DNA from: Nitrosospira multiformis ATCC 25196 | GTDB taxonomy: Bacteria; Pseudomonadota; Gammaproteobacteria; Burkholderiales; Nitrosomonadaceae | Assembly: GCF_000196355.1 (NCBI RefSeq) | Contig: NC_007614.1 | Coordinates: 2,070,001-2,102,000, forward strand | Length of the DNA stretch: 32,000 nt | Direction of reading: 5' to 3' | Part shown: positions 11,331 through 19,920 of the stretch, in pieces | Layout: each line of letters starts with the position of its first letter | Position numbering within the stretch: position 1 is the stretch's first letter | The notes under the pieces: generated by a model | What the model was told of the DNA's origin: nothing | The model's input: only the letters and a program-made list of their open reading frames with translations | The model's database searches: none | Translations under genes and position numbers: made by a program

Positions 11331-12998
11331 TCATGTCACACCGTTAAGTACCAGCGGCGGGGCCGGGGTTGCGTGCAGGGCATCTTTCAGCGATGGGCAA
11401 GCGTTGAACGTCAGGCATCCGCTCTCCATGCGTATCAACCGGTCTGCAAGATGAAAGTAACGGTCATCGTGCGATATCACCAATACGGCCTTGCCCATGG
11501 CGCGCAATTCCGGAAGGAGCTCGCGGTAAAAGACCTCCTTGAATACCGGGTCCTGATCCGCCGCCCATTCGTCGAATATAAAAAACGGGCGGTTCTCCAG
11601 ATAGGCAACCACCAAAGCGAGACGTTTGCGCTGTCCTTGCGAAAGCGCAAGCGTAGTGAAAGCCCCATCCTGTACCTTAACCTTGTTTTGCAGGTGCAGT
11701 TTGGCTAAAAGCCGGTTGCCTTCATTATCCAGGTCGACCCTGTCCGTTTCAAGCAAGCGGTCGAAAAGATGAAAATCCGAAAAAACCGTCGAAAAAAGCT
11801 GCCTGTAGCAATCGCGGTTTGTTTCATCGACCGCTTTCCCATTGAAAATTATCTGGCCTTCCTCCGGCGGATAGAGTCCAACCAGCAATTTGGCCAGAGT
11901 GGTCTTGCCGCTGCCGTTGCCTCCCACCAGAAAAGTAATCTCTCCGGGACGGAAATCCAGATCTATGGGGCCGAGCGTAAACAATTCATCGCTCTGCTCA
12001 TGATAATACCGGTGCAGCACGCCCCGGAGTGCAAGGGACTGCAAGCCGGGGAGAGAAGAGTTATCGGTCTCGATCTCCTGGGTCGTCATCGCCCGCGTTA
12101 TTTCCTCGATCCGCTCCGCAGAAACCTTGGCCAGATTGGCACGGGGAATATTCAACAGAAGCGCTTCGAGCGGTCCCACCATGTAAACGAACACCAGCGC
12201 GTAGCCCGTCATGACCAGAGCCCGGTCAGGACCATCACTCACCAGCGCAAATAATACCATCCCGATAAACACATAGAGCAGGAATTGGGCCCATCCACCG
12301 GATGCGACGAAGACGGACATTCCAAAAGTCCTTTCGCGGCGCACAGTCTCGATCGAGCCTGACAGTACATCCTCATAGAATGCCTTCCGCTTCCGGTTAT
12401 TGAGGCGAAGCTCCTTGGCCCCGTCGGTCAGGGATCGAAAATAGGAAAACAGTTTATCCTGCTCTTCGGACGCAATATTCAAATGACGTATTGCGCGCAG
12501 GTGCGCAAGATGATATCCCACGCACCCCAGGCCAACCACAAGGATAGCGAGCAGGAATACTTGCCATGAAAGCCACGCCATATAAAGCAGACATCCTGCG
12601 ACGATGACGGCATTCATCAGGATGATGGGAAAGCTCACAAAGAATTCGGCAACGTGCGTGCAATGCTCGGCAAGGGCCGACTGTATGCGGGCAGCCCCCA
12701 CCGTTTCAAGATTACGGTAGTCGGCAGCAAGCACCTTTCTGGCGACAAAGCTGCGCAATTCCGCGTGCGCCCGTTGTCCCAGGCGCTCGAAAAGGATCGC
12801 TGCGCTTACATAACTCAGCATCACGGCCACGGCAGTGGCAATAAAAACGAGTGCCAGGGTTCCGCGTTCGCTCTCGGTCGCGGTGAGCGCGGAACTGATC
12901 TGCGCGATGAGCAACACGCTGCAAGTACCATGGAATACTGTGACCAATGAAGCGCCTGCCAATAATACCCGGGATTGGTTGATGAGATACTTGAGCAT
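11331..12998 (-). CDS. Cyclic-peptide/siderophore export ABC transporter, fused TMD-NBD (SyrD/PvdE type)
   Basis: 555 aa: six-TM region then LGPIDLDFRPGEITFLVGGNGSGKTTLAKLLVGLYPPEEGQIIFNG...FSDFHLFDRL...LALSQGQRKRLALVVAYLENRPFFIFDEWAADQDPVFKEVFYRELLPELRAMGKAVLVISHDDRYFHLADR. Confidence 0.93.
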   Translation of the reverse strand: MLKYLINQSRVLLAGASLVTVFHGTCSVLLIAQISSALTATESERGTLALVFIATAVAVMLSYVSAAILFERLGQRAHAELRSFVARKVLAADYRNLETVGAARIQSALAEHCTHVAEFFVSFPIILMNAVIVAGCLLYMAWLSWQVFLLAILVVGLGCVGYHLAHLRAIRHLNIASEEQDKLFSYFRSLTDGAKELRLNNRKRKAFYEDVLSGSIETVRRERTFGMSVFVASGGWAQFLLYVFIGMVLFALVSDGPDRALVMTGYALVFVYMVGPLEALLLNIPRANLAKVSAERIEEITRAMTTQEIETDNSSLPGLQSLALRGVLHRYYHEQSDELFTLGPIDLDFRPGEITFLVGGNGSGKTTLAKLLVGLYPPEEGQIIFNGKAVDETNRDCYRQLFSTVFSDFHLFDRLLETDRVDLDNEGNRLLAKLHLQNKVKVQDGAFTTLALSQGQRKRLALVVAYLENRPFFIFDEWAADQDPVFKEVFYRELLPELRAMGKAVLVISHDDRYFHLADRLIRMESGCLTFNACPSLKDALHATPAPPLVLNGVT

Positions 12999-13030
12999 GG
13001 CTGTCCCGCAATGAAATGGATATGAGGGAA

Positions 13031-13056
13031 GACGAATGAGAATTACAATTATTTAC
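13031..13056 (-). promoter_or_regulatory. Fur-box-like motif, copy A (upstream of the exporter)
   Basis: GACGAATGAGAATTACAATTATTTAC. The core TGAGAATTACAATTA matches 11/14 informative positions of TGATAATnATTATCA. It lies 33-58 bp upstream of the exporter start. Confidence 0.5.
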
Positions 13057-13200
13057 GCCTGAACGTTCATATCCCCTCTCGGTTCACGTCATCTCCCATT
13101 AATCATAAAGCAGGCCCCGGCATTTCATCCCTTGGAGCAATTTCGCTCCTTACGACACTTTCCCCTTGCACGGCCTGGAAAGACAATTGCCGCCAGAGTA

Positions 13201-13294
13201 TGGCGTTATCCGCCTCGGCGGTTATCCCGCTTCGGCAGTTATCCCTTGCAGTTATCCGCTTGGGCAGTTATCCCCTTACGCAGCTACCCCCTTG
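13201..13294. repeat. Degenerate short tandem repeat (unit about 14-18 bp, core GGCAGTTATCCCSYTT)
   Basis: TGGCGTTATCCGCCTC / GGCGGTTATCCCGCTTC / GGCAGTTATCCCTT / GCAGTTATCCGCTTG / GGCAGTTATCCCCTTAC / GCAGCTACCCCCTTG. Confidence 0.75.
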
Positions 13295-13389
13295 GCCCTT
13301 CCAAGCCCCCATTTCCTCCAGAACAGAATTTTCCCCGTACTTCTCCCACGGCCATCGCTTTCACATGATCAATTAATCCAGCAGTAATT

Positions 13390-13415
13390 GTAAAAAATAA
13401 TGTTTCTCATTCGTC
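13390..13415 (+). promoter_or_regulatory. Fur-box-like motif, copy B (upstream of the acyltransferase operon)
   Basis: GTAAAAAATAATGTTTCTCATTCGTC. Its reverse complement GACGAATGAGAAACATTATTTTTTAC matches copy A at 21/26 positions, in opposite orientation. Confidence 0.5.
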
Positions 13416-13511
13416 TTTAACCAGAATAACAACGCGAAATACAGCGAACACGAATAACAGCGACAGCGTAGCCTGACAGCACGTTCTCACAATACTTATC
13501 CGGAAAACGAG

Positions 13512-14606
13512 ATGGGACATTTACACGGGCAAGGCCGGCATCTCTCGGCTCGCGCCGCGTCGATTACTTGCTGTCCCGATCGGACTGCATATTCGGCTGC
13601 GCTCGACGGCAACACCTTGCTTTTACAACCGGTGAATGGTGTCGAAAATTCGCGGTGGCAACTGGGCCAGCAGGCTGACGGACTGACTCTGGAATGGATG
13701 GGGTCCGATGCTGAAAAACCCAAGCTCGTGGAAGTATTGGCGGCAATTGAAGCTGCGTTCGTCAGTTTTCCTGTCGCAGACAAACTGAACCTCCTGGCTC
13801 CTTTCGATCAGGCTGAAGAACTGCTTCGATCAGGTCTCCTCCTTCACAACGGGAGCGGTCAGACCACGGTGAATATCGGGCTTTTCTGGCAGCAGCCGAG
13901 AATATGGCTGGTGCCGCCTCAGGCCTATGCCTTCCCCGTAACTTATGTGCTCAGCGAAGGGCGGCGCCATCCCTTGCGGCCCCCGAAACCGGCCGGCATC
14001 GTATACCAGCGCCATATCGATTGGCTCGGCCGTACCCTGTCATTTCGCACGGTGGATCTTCACCGGGACCTGGAACGCTTCAACCGCTGGATGAACGATC
14101 CCGTAGTAGCAGCATCCTGGCGGGAAGAAGGCGATCTGGCAAAACATCAGGCTTATCTGCAAGCCATTTCTGCAGACCCTCATGTCATAGCCCTTATCGC
14201 GAGTCTCGATGACGAGGCTTTCGGTTATTTCGAAGTTTACTGGGCAAAAGAAGACCGTATTGCCCCTTTCTATGATGTGGATGACTTCGATCGGGGCTGG
14301 CACGTGCTGATCGGCGAAGCCCGCTTTCGCGGCAAGCCCTTCGTCACGGCTTGGCTGCCATCGATCTCCCATTACCTGTTTCTCGACGATTGCAGGACCC
14401 AACGCGTCGTCATAGAACCTCGTACGGACAATTACAAAATGATTCGCAATCTCGCCAGGTGCGGTTATGCGAATCTCAAGGAATTCGATTTCCCCCACAA
14501 ACGCGCCATGCTCGGCATGTTGTTGCGGGAACGCTTCTTTGCAGAACGACTGTGGGTTCCACGCGATGTCATCGCAACATCCTGTTCCACATCTTCTTTA
14601 TCCTGA
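13512..14606 (+). CDS. Siderophore-type GNAT acyltransferase (AlcB/IucB/RhbD-like domain) with about 170-aa N-terminal region
   Basis: C-terminal half: FRTVDLHRDLERFNRWMNDPVVAASWREEGDLAKHQAYLQAISADPHVIALIASLDDEAFGYFEVYWAKEDRIAPFYDVDDFDRGWHVLIGEARFRGKPFVTAWLPSISHYLFLDDCRTQRVVIEPRTDNYKMIRNL. Confidence 0.88.
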   Translation: MGHLHGQGRHLSARAASITCCPDRTAYSAALDGNTLLLQPVNGVENSRWQLGQQADGLTLEWMGSDAEKPKLVEVLAAIEAAFVSFPVADKLNLLAPFDQAEELLRSGLLLHNGSGQTTVNIGLFWQQPRIWLVPPQAYAFPVTYVLSEGRRHPLRPPKPAGIVYQRHIDWLGRTLSFRTVDLHRDLERFNRWMNDPVVAASWREEGDLAKHQAYLQAISADPHVIALIASLDDEAFGYFEVYWAKEDRIAPFYDVDDFDRGWHVLIGEARFRGKPFVTAWLPSISHYLFLDDCRTQRVVIEPRTDNYKMIRNLARCGYANLKEFDFPHKRAMLGMLLRERFFAERLWVPRDVIATSCSTSSLS

Positions 14607-14616
14607 GGATATCGCT

Positions 14617-15924
14617 ATGCAAATACATGACCTGATCGGTATCGGCTTTGGTCCCTCCAACATTGCGCTTGCCATTACCCTGGAGGAAAAGAAACAGGAA
14701 GGATACGACGTAGACGCGTTTTTTATCGAGAAACAGCCGGGTTTTGCCTGGCATCCAAACATGATGCTGGACAATGCGCATATGCAGATTTCCTTCCTGA
14801 AGGATCTGGCCACCCTGCGGAACCCTTCCAGTTACTTTACATTCATCAACTATCTCCATCAAAAACAGCGGCTGCAGGACTTTATCAACCTTAAAACCTT
14901 TTTTCCGAGCCGCCACGAATTCAACGATTACCTCGCCTGGGCTGCCTCCCATTTCGACGATCGCTGTGCTTACGGCGAAGAAGTTCTGGAAGTGTTGGCG
15001 GAGAAGCGTAATGATGAAGTGATGCTGCTGCGCGTGCGTTCGCTGGATTCCACGGGCACGGCGCGGGAACGCCTGGCCCGCAATCTCATCGTGAGCGTCG
15101 GCGGTGTTCCCAGTGTCCCCGAATGCTTCCAACCGCTGAAAGGCGACAAACGCATATTTCATTCGAACAGTTATCTCCGCGAGATCGAGCGGCACAAGGA
15201 AGCAAAGAAAATAGCAGTCGTGGGTGCAGGTCAAAGCGCATCGGAAATTTTCATGGATCTGCACAACCGCCCGAATGCCCCGCAGGTTGATCTGATCATG
15301 CGTGGCCGCGCAATCAAGCCGTCGGACGACAGCCCTTTTGTAAACGAAATCTTCAATACCGATTTCACCGACTTCGTTTTCAGTCGTTCGGAGCATGACC
15401 GGGTTTCTCTCCTGGAGGAGTTCTGGCATACCAATTACGCTGCACCCGATCTGGTTTTGATCGAACAGATCTTCAATGTGTTCTATCAACAGAGAGTGAC
15501 CGGCAATACCCGCCACCGCTTCCTGCGGCGTCATGAAGTCACGAGCGTCAGTGCTTTGCCGGAAGGCGGCATTCAATTGCTTCTGCGCGATTTGAATGGG
15601 GGGCGGGAATACAGTGCGATCTACGATGCAGTAGTGCTTGCAACGGGCTACGGACGGGATTATCACAAATCCTTGCTGAAATCCCTTTCACCCTACCTGA
15701 GTAACTTCAGCGTAGACCGCAACTACCGATTGAAAAGTACGCCAAATTTTCGGCCTGCCATCTTCCTTCAGGGGGCCTGCGAATCAACTCACGGTTTGAG
15801 CGATACGCTGCTTTCAGTTACAGCGGTTCGCACGCACGAAATTGGACAGGCGCTCGTAGGCATGATCAATGACCCGGTTGCTAAGCAGGCAGAAAACCCG
15901 GTGCGCGCAGTGGCCGTCCGTTGA
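14617..15924 (+). CDS. L-ornithine N5 / L-lysine N6 monooxygenase (PvdA/IucD family)
   Basis: MQIHDLIGIGFGPSNIALAITLEE...FFIEKQPGFAWHPNMMLDNAHMQISFLKDLATLRNPSSYFTFINYLHQKQRLQDFINLKTFFPSRHEFNDYLAWAA...IAVVGAGQSASEIFMDL...VVLATGYGRDY. A GAGGAT Shine-Dalgarno-like sequence precedes the ATG at 14617; the track start at 14467 lies inside the previous gene. Confidence 0.94.
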   Translation: MQIHDLIGIGFGPSNIALAITLEEKKQEGYDVDAFFIEKQPGFAWHPNMMLDNAHMQISFLKDLATLRNPSSYFTFINYLHQKQRLQDFINLKTFFPSRHEFNDYLAWAASHFDDRCAYGEEVLEVLAEKRNDEVMLLRVRSLDSTGTARERLARNLIVSVGGVPSVPECFQPLKGDKRIFHSNSYLREIERHKEAKKIAVVGAGQSASEIFMDLHNRPNAPQVDLIMRGRAIKPSDDSPFVNEIFNTDFTDFVFSRSEHDRVSLLEEFWHTNYAAPDLVLIEQIFNVFYQQRVTGNTRHRFLRRHEVTSVSALPEGGIQLLLRDLNGGREYSAIYDAVVLATGYGRDYHKSLLKSLSPYLSNFSVDRNYRLKSTPNFRPAIFLQGACESTHGLSDTLLSVTAVRTHEIGQALVGMINDPVAKQAENPVRAVAVR

Positions 15925-16017
15925 ATCTTGAAAACGAAAATCTCCTTCAATCTCATGAGTAAGAGTTGATAACACCTACCCCACTCACAATTTTTTAACT
16001 ACCAGCAACCACAAAAA

Positions 16018-18372
16018 ATGAAAGCCTATACAAAAACTATTAAAGGGCTCTGTCCACTTACACGACCCACCAAACTTGTAATCGCAATACAGTACGCACT
16101 CCTCAGCCTGGCCGTCGCTGGCCACGTGCATGCACAGGACGCCTCCCCGGAATCAGCCAGAAAATCCCAAATGAATGTTCTTCCGGCAGGAGGTAATGCC
16201 GAAACCTCTGCCACAGACTCTTCCGGATCCGGAGACAAAGCTTCAAAGGGGAACGCCCCATCGACTCAGGAGAATGCGCAGCAGGGGAAAAATCCAGAAT
16301 CAGTCAAACCTTCCGAAACGGTTCTGCCAACCCTGGTTATCCGGGAAAAAGGAGTCCAAGAGGGATACGGCACTAAAAGCAGTATAGTGGGAACCAAGAC
16401 TAGGACTCCAATTACAGAGATACCGCAATCCATGTCCGTTATCAGCCGAAATGAATTGGATATGCGTGCCGTAAACCTCAATTTCACTGAAGCACTACGA
16501 TATATACCGGGTGTGGTACCGGACCAGTTTGGTTTCAACGGAACGGGTTTCGAGTATGTAAGCATGCGAGGCTTCAACTCCCTGAGTACTGCCAACTTCC
16601 GGGATAATTTAAGCCAGCAGGGGAGAGGGCTTTATTTTGCCGACTTCATCACTGACCCCTATTCTCTCGAGCGGGTAGAGGTATTGCGCGGTCCCACCTC
16701 GGTCATTTTCGGGCGAGGCGATGCGGGAGGTATCATAAACCGTGTTACGAAGCTGCCCACCTCCACTCCCATCCGCGAGGTCGAGCTCCAGTACGGCAGT
16801 TTCGACCGCAAGCGGATCGCCGGGGATTTTGGACTGGCCAATGAAGATGGAACACTGATGTTCCGGCTGGTCACGACCGCGCTCGATACGGACACGCAGG
16901 TGCGCTTTCCGAATACGGGCGGAGATCGGGCCCAGATCAGGCGCTTTTACATCTCGCCGTCGCTGACTTGGCGCCCCACCGACCGGACATCCGTCACACT
17001 TTTCGGCGATATCCTGAACAACCGCAGCGAAGCGTCTGCCTTTTACGTAGCAACGCAAGGGGGCAGCCCCACTAATACGTTGCTGGGCGAACCCACCTTC
17101 ACGCGGTATTCGACCGACCAGGCTTCCTTCAGCTACAAACTCGAGCACCATTTCAACGACACCTTCACGGTACGGCAAAACTTCCGTTTCATGGGACTCG
17201 ATGGCAGGTTCCGAGACCTTAACCCCGCAGGATTTGACGCGGATGGACGGACCTTGTTTCGCAGTGCATTGAGTACGCGGGAGCGGGTGAATCAAACGGT
17301 GCTGGATACACATGTGGAAGCTCGTACCCGGACAGGCCCCCTCAATCATACCGTACTGGCCGGAATCGACTGGAATCGCGTCGAGTCCACCCTTAAATCT
17401 TTTACGGGCAGCGCTCCCTCCATCGATATTTTCAATCCCGTATATTTCCAACCGGTGCCCACCCCGGATTCCCCGTTCATTGATGGCAACCAAAAGATAG
17501 ACCAGGTTGGATTTTACGTACAGGATCAAATCAAGCTCAACCAATGGCTTTTGACTCTGAGCGGCCGCCACGACAGGGTGTCGAACGTTACCAATGTTAA
17601 TGTTTTCGATCCGCAGCATACCGCTAGCAAGGATTCAGCATATACCGGCAGGGCGGGGCTGACCTACCTTTTTTCCAACGGCATCGCGCCTTATTTCAGT
17701 TATTCGCAGTCGTTTCTGCCTCAATACGGAATCGATTTTGGTAATAACAGCCCCTTCAAACCTGCGCGCGCTTCCCAGTATGAAGTGGGCATCAAGTATC
17801 AACCCCCGGGCACCAGGAATTTGTTTACGGCAGCATTGTTCGAATTGACCAAAACCAACGTTTTAATTCCTGATCCCCGTACACCGCTTGGCGTGTCGCA
17901 AGCAGGCGAGATACGCTCCCGGGGAGCGGAATTGGAAGCAAGGACAGAGGTTTTTCGAGGATTGAATGCGATTGGCGCTTTCAGCTATGTCGACGTCAAG
18001 GTAACCGAAAGCGCCAGTGGTTTTACAGGTAACATGCCTGTGCGGGTACCCAACCTGACGACCTCAGGCTGGCTCGACTATAACCTCGGCACATTGAATG
18101 TCGACTGGTTGAAGGGGTTCTTCATCGGGGGCGGCGTGCGCTATGTGGGCAGAGTGTTCAATGATGAGGCGAATACCAGCACCACACCTTCCTTTACCCT
18201 GTTCGATGCGGTCCTGCGATATGATCACGGCCCCTGGCAATTTCTCATCAATGCCAACAACATATTCGATGAGAAATACTATACCGCCAATAATGTCGTC
18301 CCGGGTTCCGGCGGACAGTTCTTCCTGGGGACGCGACGTACTGTGATCGGGACGTTGAAACTCAGGTTTTAA
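16018..18372 (+). CDS. TonB-dependent ferric-siderophore receptor (no N-terminal STN signalling domain apparent)
   Basis: 784 aa with signal peptide, TRTPITEIPQSMSVISRNELDMR (plug start), GRGLYFADFITDPYSLERVEVLRGPTSVIFGRGDAGGIINRVTK, C-terminal GTLKLRF. Confidence 0.95.
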   Translation: MKAYTKTIKGLCPLTRPTKLVIAIQYALLSLAVAGHVHAQDASPESARKSQMNVLPAGGNAETSATDSSGSGDKASKGNAPSTQENAQQGKNPESVKPSETVLPTLVIREKGVQEGYGTKSSIVGTKTRTPITEIPQSMSVISRNELDMRAVNLNFTEALRYIPGVVPDQFGFNGTGFEYVSMRGFNSLSTANFRDNLSQQGRGLYFADFITDPYSLERVEVLRGPTSVIFGRGDAGGIINRVTKLPTSTPIREVELQYGSFDRKRIAGDFGLANEDGTLMFRLVTTALDTDTQVRFPNTGGDRAQIRRFYISPSLTWRPTDRTSVTLFGDILNNRSEASAFYVATQGGSPTNTLLGEPTFTRYSTDQASFSYKLEHHFNDTFTVRQNFRFMGLDGRFRDLNPAGFDADGRTLFRSALSTRERVNQTVLDTHVEARTRTGPLNHTVLAGIDWNRVESTLKSFTGSAPSIDIFNPVYFQPVPTPDSPFIDGNQKIDQVGFYVQDQIKLNQWLLTLSGRHDRVSNVTNVNVFDPQHTASKDSAYTGRAGLTYLFSNGIAPYFSYSQSFLPQYGIDFGNNSPFKPARASQYEVGIKYQPPGTRNLFTAALFELTKTNVLIPDPRTPLGVSQAGEIRSRGAELEARTEVFRGLNAIGAFSYVDVKVTESASGFTGNMPVRVPNLTTSGWLDYNLGTLNVDWLKGFFIGGGVRYVGRVFNDEANTSTTPSFTLFDAVLRYDHGPWQFLINANNIFDEKYYTANNVVPGSGGQFFLGTRRTVIGTLKLRF

Positions 18373-18426
18373 ATGTCCGTATTTACATTCCAGAGAAACT
18401 TGCCCGACGATAACTGAGACGCTCGG

Positions 18427-19398
18427 ATGGCACTTGATCCCGATCTTGCAGCATTTCTCGAACTTGTGGAAGCGGGCATCAGCAATGGTGTCCCTCGCTT
18501 GCACGAGCTGCCGCCCGCGAAAGCGCGCGAACAATACGATATATCCACCCTGGCTCTGGATAGCCCAGGTATGGAGGTCGCGAGCGTCAAGGAAATCGGC
18601 ATCCCTTCCCGGGATGGAAATGAGATAACGGCAAGACTCTATGCGCCTCTGCTGGATGAGCCGTTGAACGGCCTGGCGGCGCCCGCGCTGCTGTATTTTC
18701 ATGGAGGCGGATATTGCGTGGGCAGCCTGGATTCCCACGACTCGCTATGCCGGACACTGGCTGCGCTGACCCCCTGCTGCGTGCTGAACGCCAGCTACCG
18801 GTTGGCGCCTGAGCATCCATTCCCCACGGCGGTACATGATGCGCAGGATGCCTACCGATGGCTTCTTTCCAACGGACTCGCTCATGGTATCGATCCTCAA
18901 CGGATAGCCGTGGGAGGCGATAGCGCAGGGGGCACGCTGGCCATCGGATTGACTATCGCCGCCAGGGAAATGGATTGGCCACAACCGGTATTCCAGGCGT
19001 TGCTCTACCCGTGCACAAGCGCGTGGCAGAATACCGATTCGCACCGCCGCTTCGCAAAGGGATACCTGCTCGAAGCTGCGACACTGCAATGGATGTTCAG
19101 CAATTACCTCACCAGCGAAAGGGACCGGACAGACTGGCGTTTTGCTCCCCTCGAGGCAAAGGATTTGAGCAGCCTCGCTCCGGCATTCATCGCCGTGGCG
19201 GAATACGATCCGCTCGTGGATGAAGGAATTGAATACGCCAACAGACTCAAAGATGCCGGCGTTCCCACTCAGCTCAAAATCTACGAGGGCATGACGCACG
19301 ACTTTGCGCGCCTGACGAATATCCTCAACGACGCAAGCAAGGTGCGTGAAGAAGTGGCGCAGCAATTACAGAGGGCTTTTGCTGCGCCTCGAACCTAG
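18427..19398 (+). CDS. Alpha/beta hydrolase, HSL-type carboxylesterase family
   Basis: 323 aa: YFHGGGYCVGSLDSHDSLCRTLA (HGGG oxyanion motif), RIAVGGDSAGGTLAIGL (GDSAG nucleophile), AEYDPLVDEG..YANRLKDAGVP, YEGMTHDFAR. Confidence 0.93.
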   Translation: MALDPDLAAFLELVEAGISNGVPRLHELPPAKAREQYDISTLALDSPGMEVASVKEIGIPSRDGNEITARLYAPLLDEPLNGLAAPALLYFHGGGYCVGSLDSHDSLCRTLAALTPCCVLNASYRLAPEHPFPTAVHDAQDAYRWLLSNGLAHGIDPQRIAVGGDSAGGTLAIGLTIAAREMDWPQPVFQALLYPCTSAWQNTDSHRRFAKGYLLEAATLQWMFSNYLTSERDRTDWRFAPLEAKDLSSLAPAFIAVAEYDPLVDEGIEYANRLKDAGVPTQLKIYEGMTHDFARLTNILNDASKVREEVAQQLQRAFAAPRT

Positions 19399-19416
19399 CC
19401 AGGATGGCACCCTTCA

Positions 19417-19819
19417 CGCTCCCATCGTGTCATCCATGTTTGCCAATGGCCATGCCGCCTCTCGTAACGCCTCCAGGGCATCACGCATGGGCACCGGCTC
19501 GTTTTGCACCAGGCGGCCTACCGCGTGCAATGGAACAAGCAAGTCCCTGCCTTCGTCCCCATAGCTGATCCACAGCGCTTCGAAATTCAGCGCGGGCACG
19601 CGAAACACGCGAAGTTCAGCCTCCTCCTCCGCTTCTCCCACCGCCTCCAGGACTTCGTACGTTCGTTGCAGTTGCCGCCCAGCAGCAGTTGGATTGGGTC
19701 TGCATCTGCATGTTGGATGCAAGCTGCTTCGATAAGAAAAGCCTGCCCCAAATGCTGAGTTCGTGCGAGAGGGAGCTGTAAGGAAGACTGGTAACGCGAA
19801 CATATTCAGATACGTTCAT
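19417..19819 (-). pseudogene. Decayed papain-like cysteine protease (CWAA-motif) remnant
   Basis: ATG at 19819 with AAAGGAA Shine-Dalgarno-like sequence encodes MNVSEYVRVTSLPYSSLSHELSIWGRLFLSKQLASNMQMQTQSNCCWAATAT, then degenerates to NVRSPGGGGRSGGGG-stop. The adjacent frame continues LQRTYEVLEAVGEAEEEAELRVFRVPALNFEALWISYGDEGRDLLVPLHAVGRLVQNEPVPMRDALEALREAAWPLANMDDTMGA-stop. This pattern suggests an internal deletion or frameshift. Confidence 0.5.
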
Positions 19820-19920
19820 TGTTCTTTCCTTTTGGATTATCGATCTAACTTCGAGCACTTTTCATATCAAACCCAATATTTCTTTATAGCCGCTAAAGAC
19901 TGAAAGACAAGGCGCAAAGG

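Noticed and set aside
14569-15666. 365-aa minus-strand ORF opposite the N-monooxygenase
   Set aside because: Antisense open frame caused by GC-biased codon use; the + strand encodes a clear PvdA/IucD family protein.
15925-16017. Possible Fur box directly upstream of the TonB receptor
   Set aside because: No stretch here matches the Fur consensus convincingly or shares the GACGAATGAGAA motif.
16609-17619. 336-aa minus-strand ORF opposite the TonB receptor
   Set aside because: Antisense shadow, no protein-like motifs.
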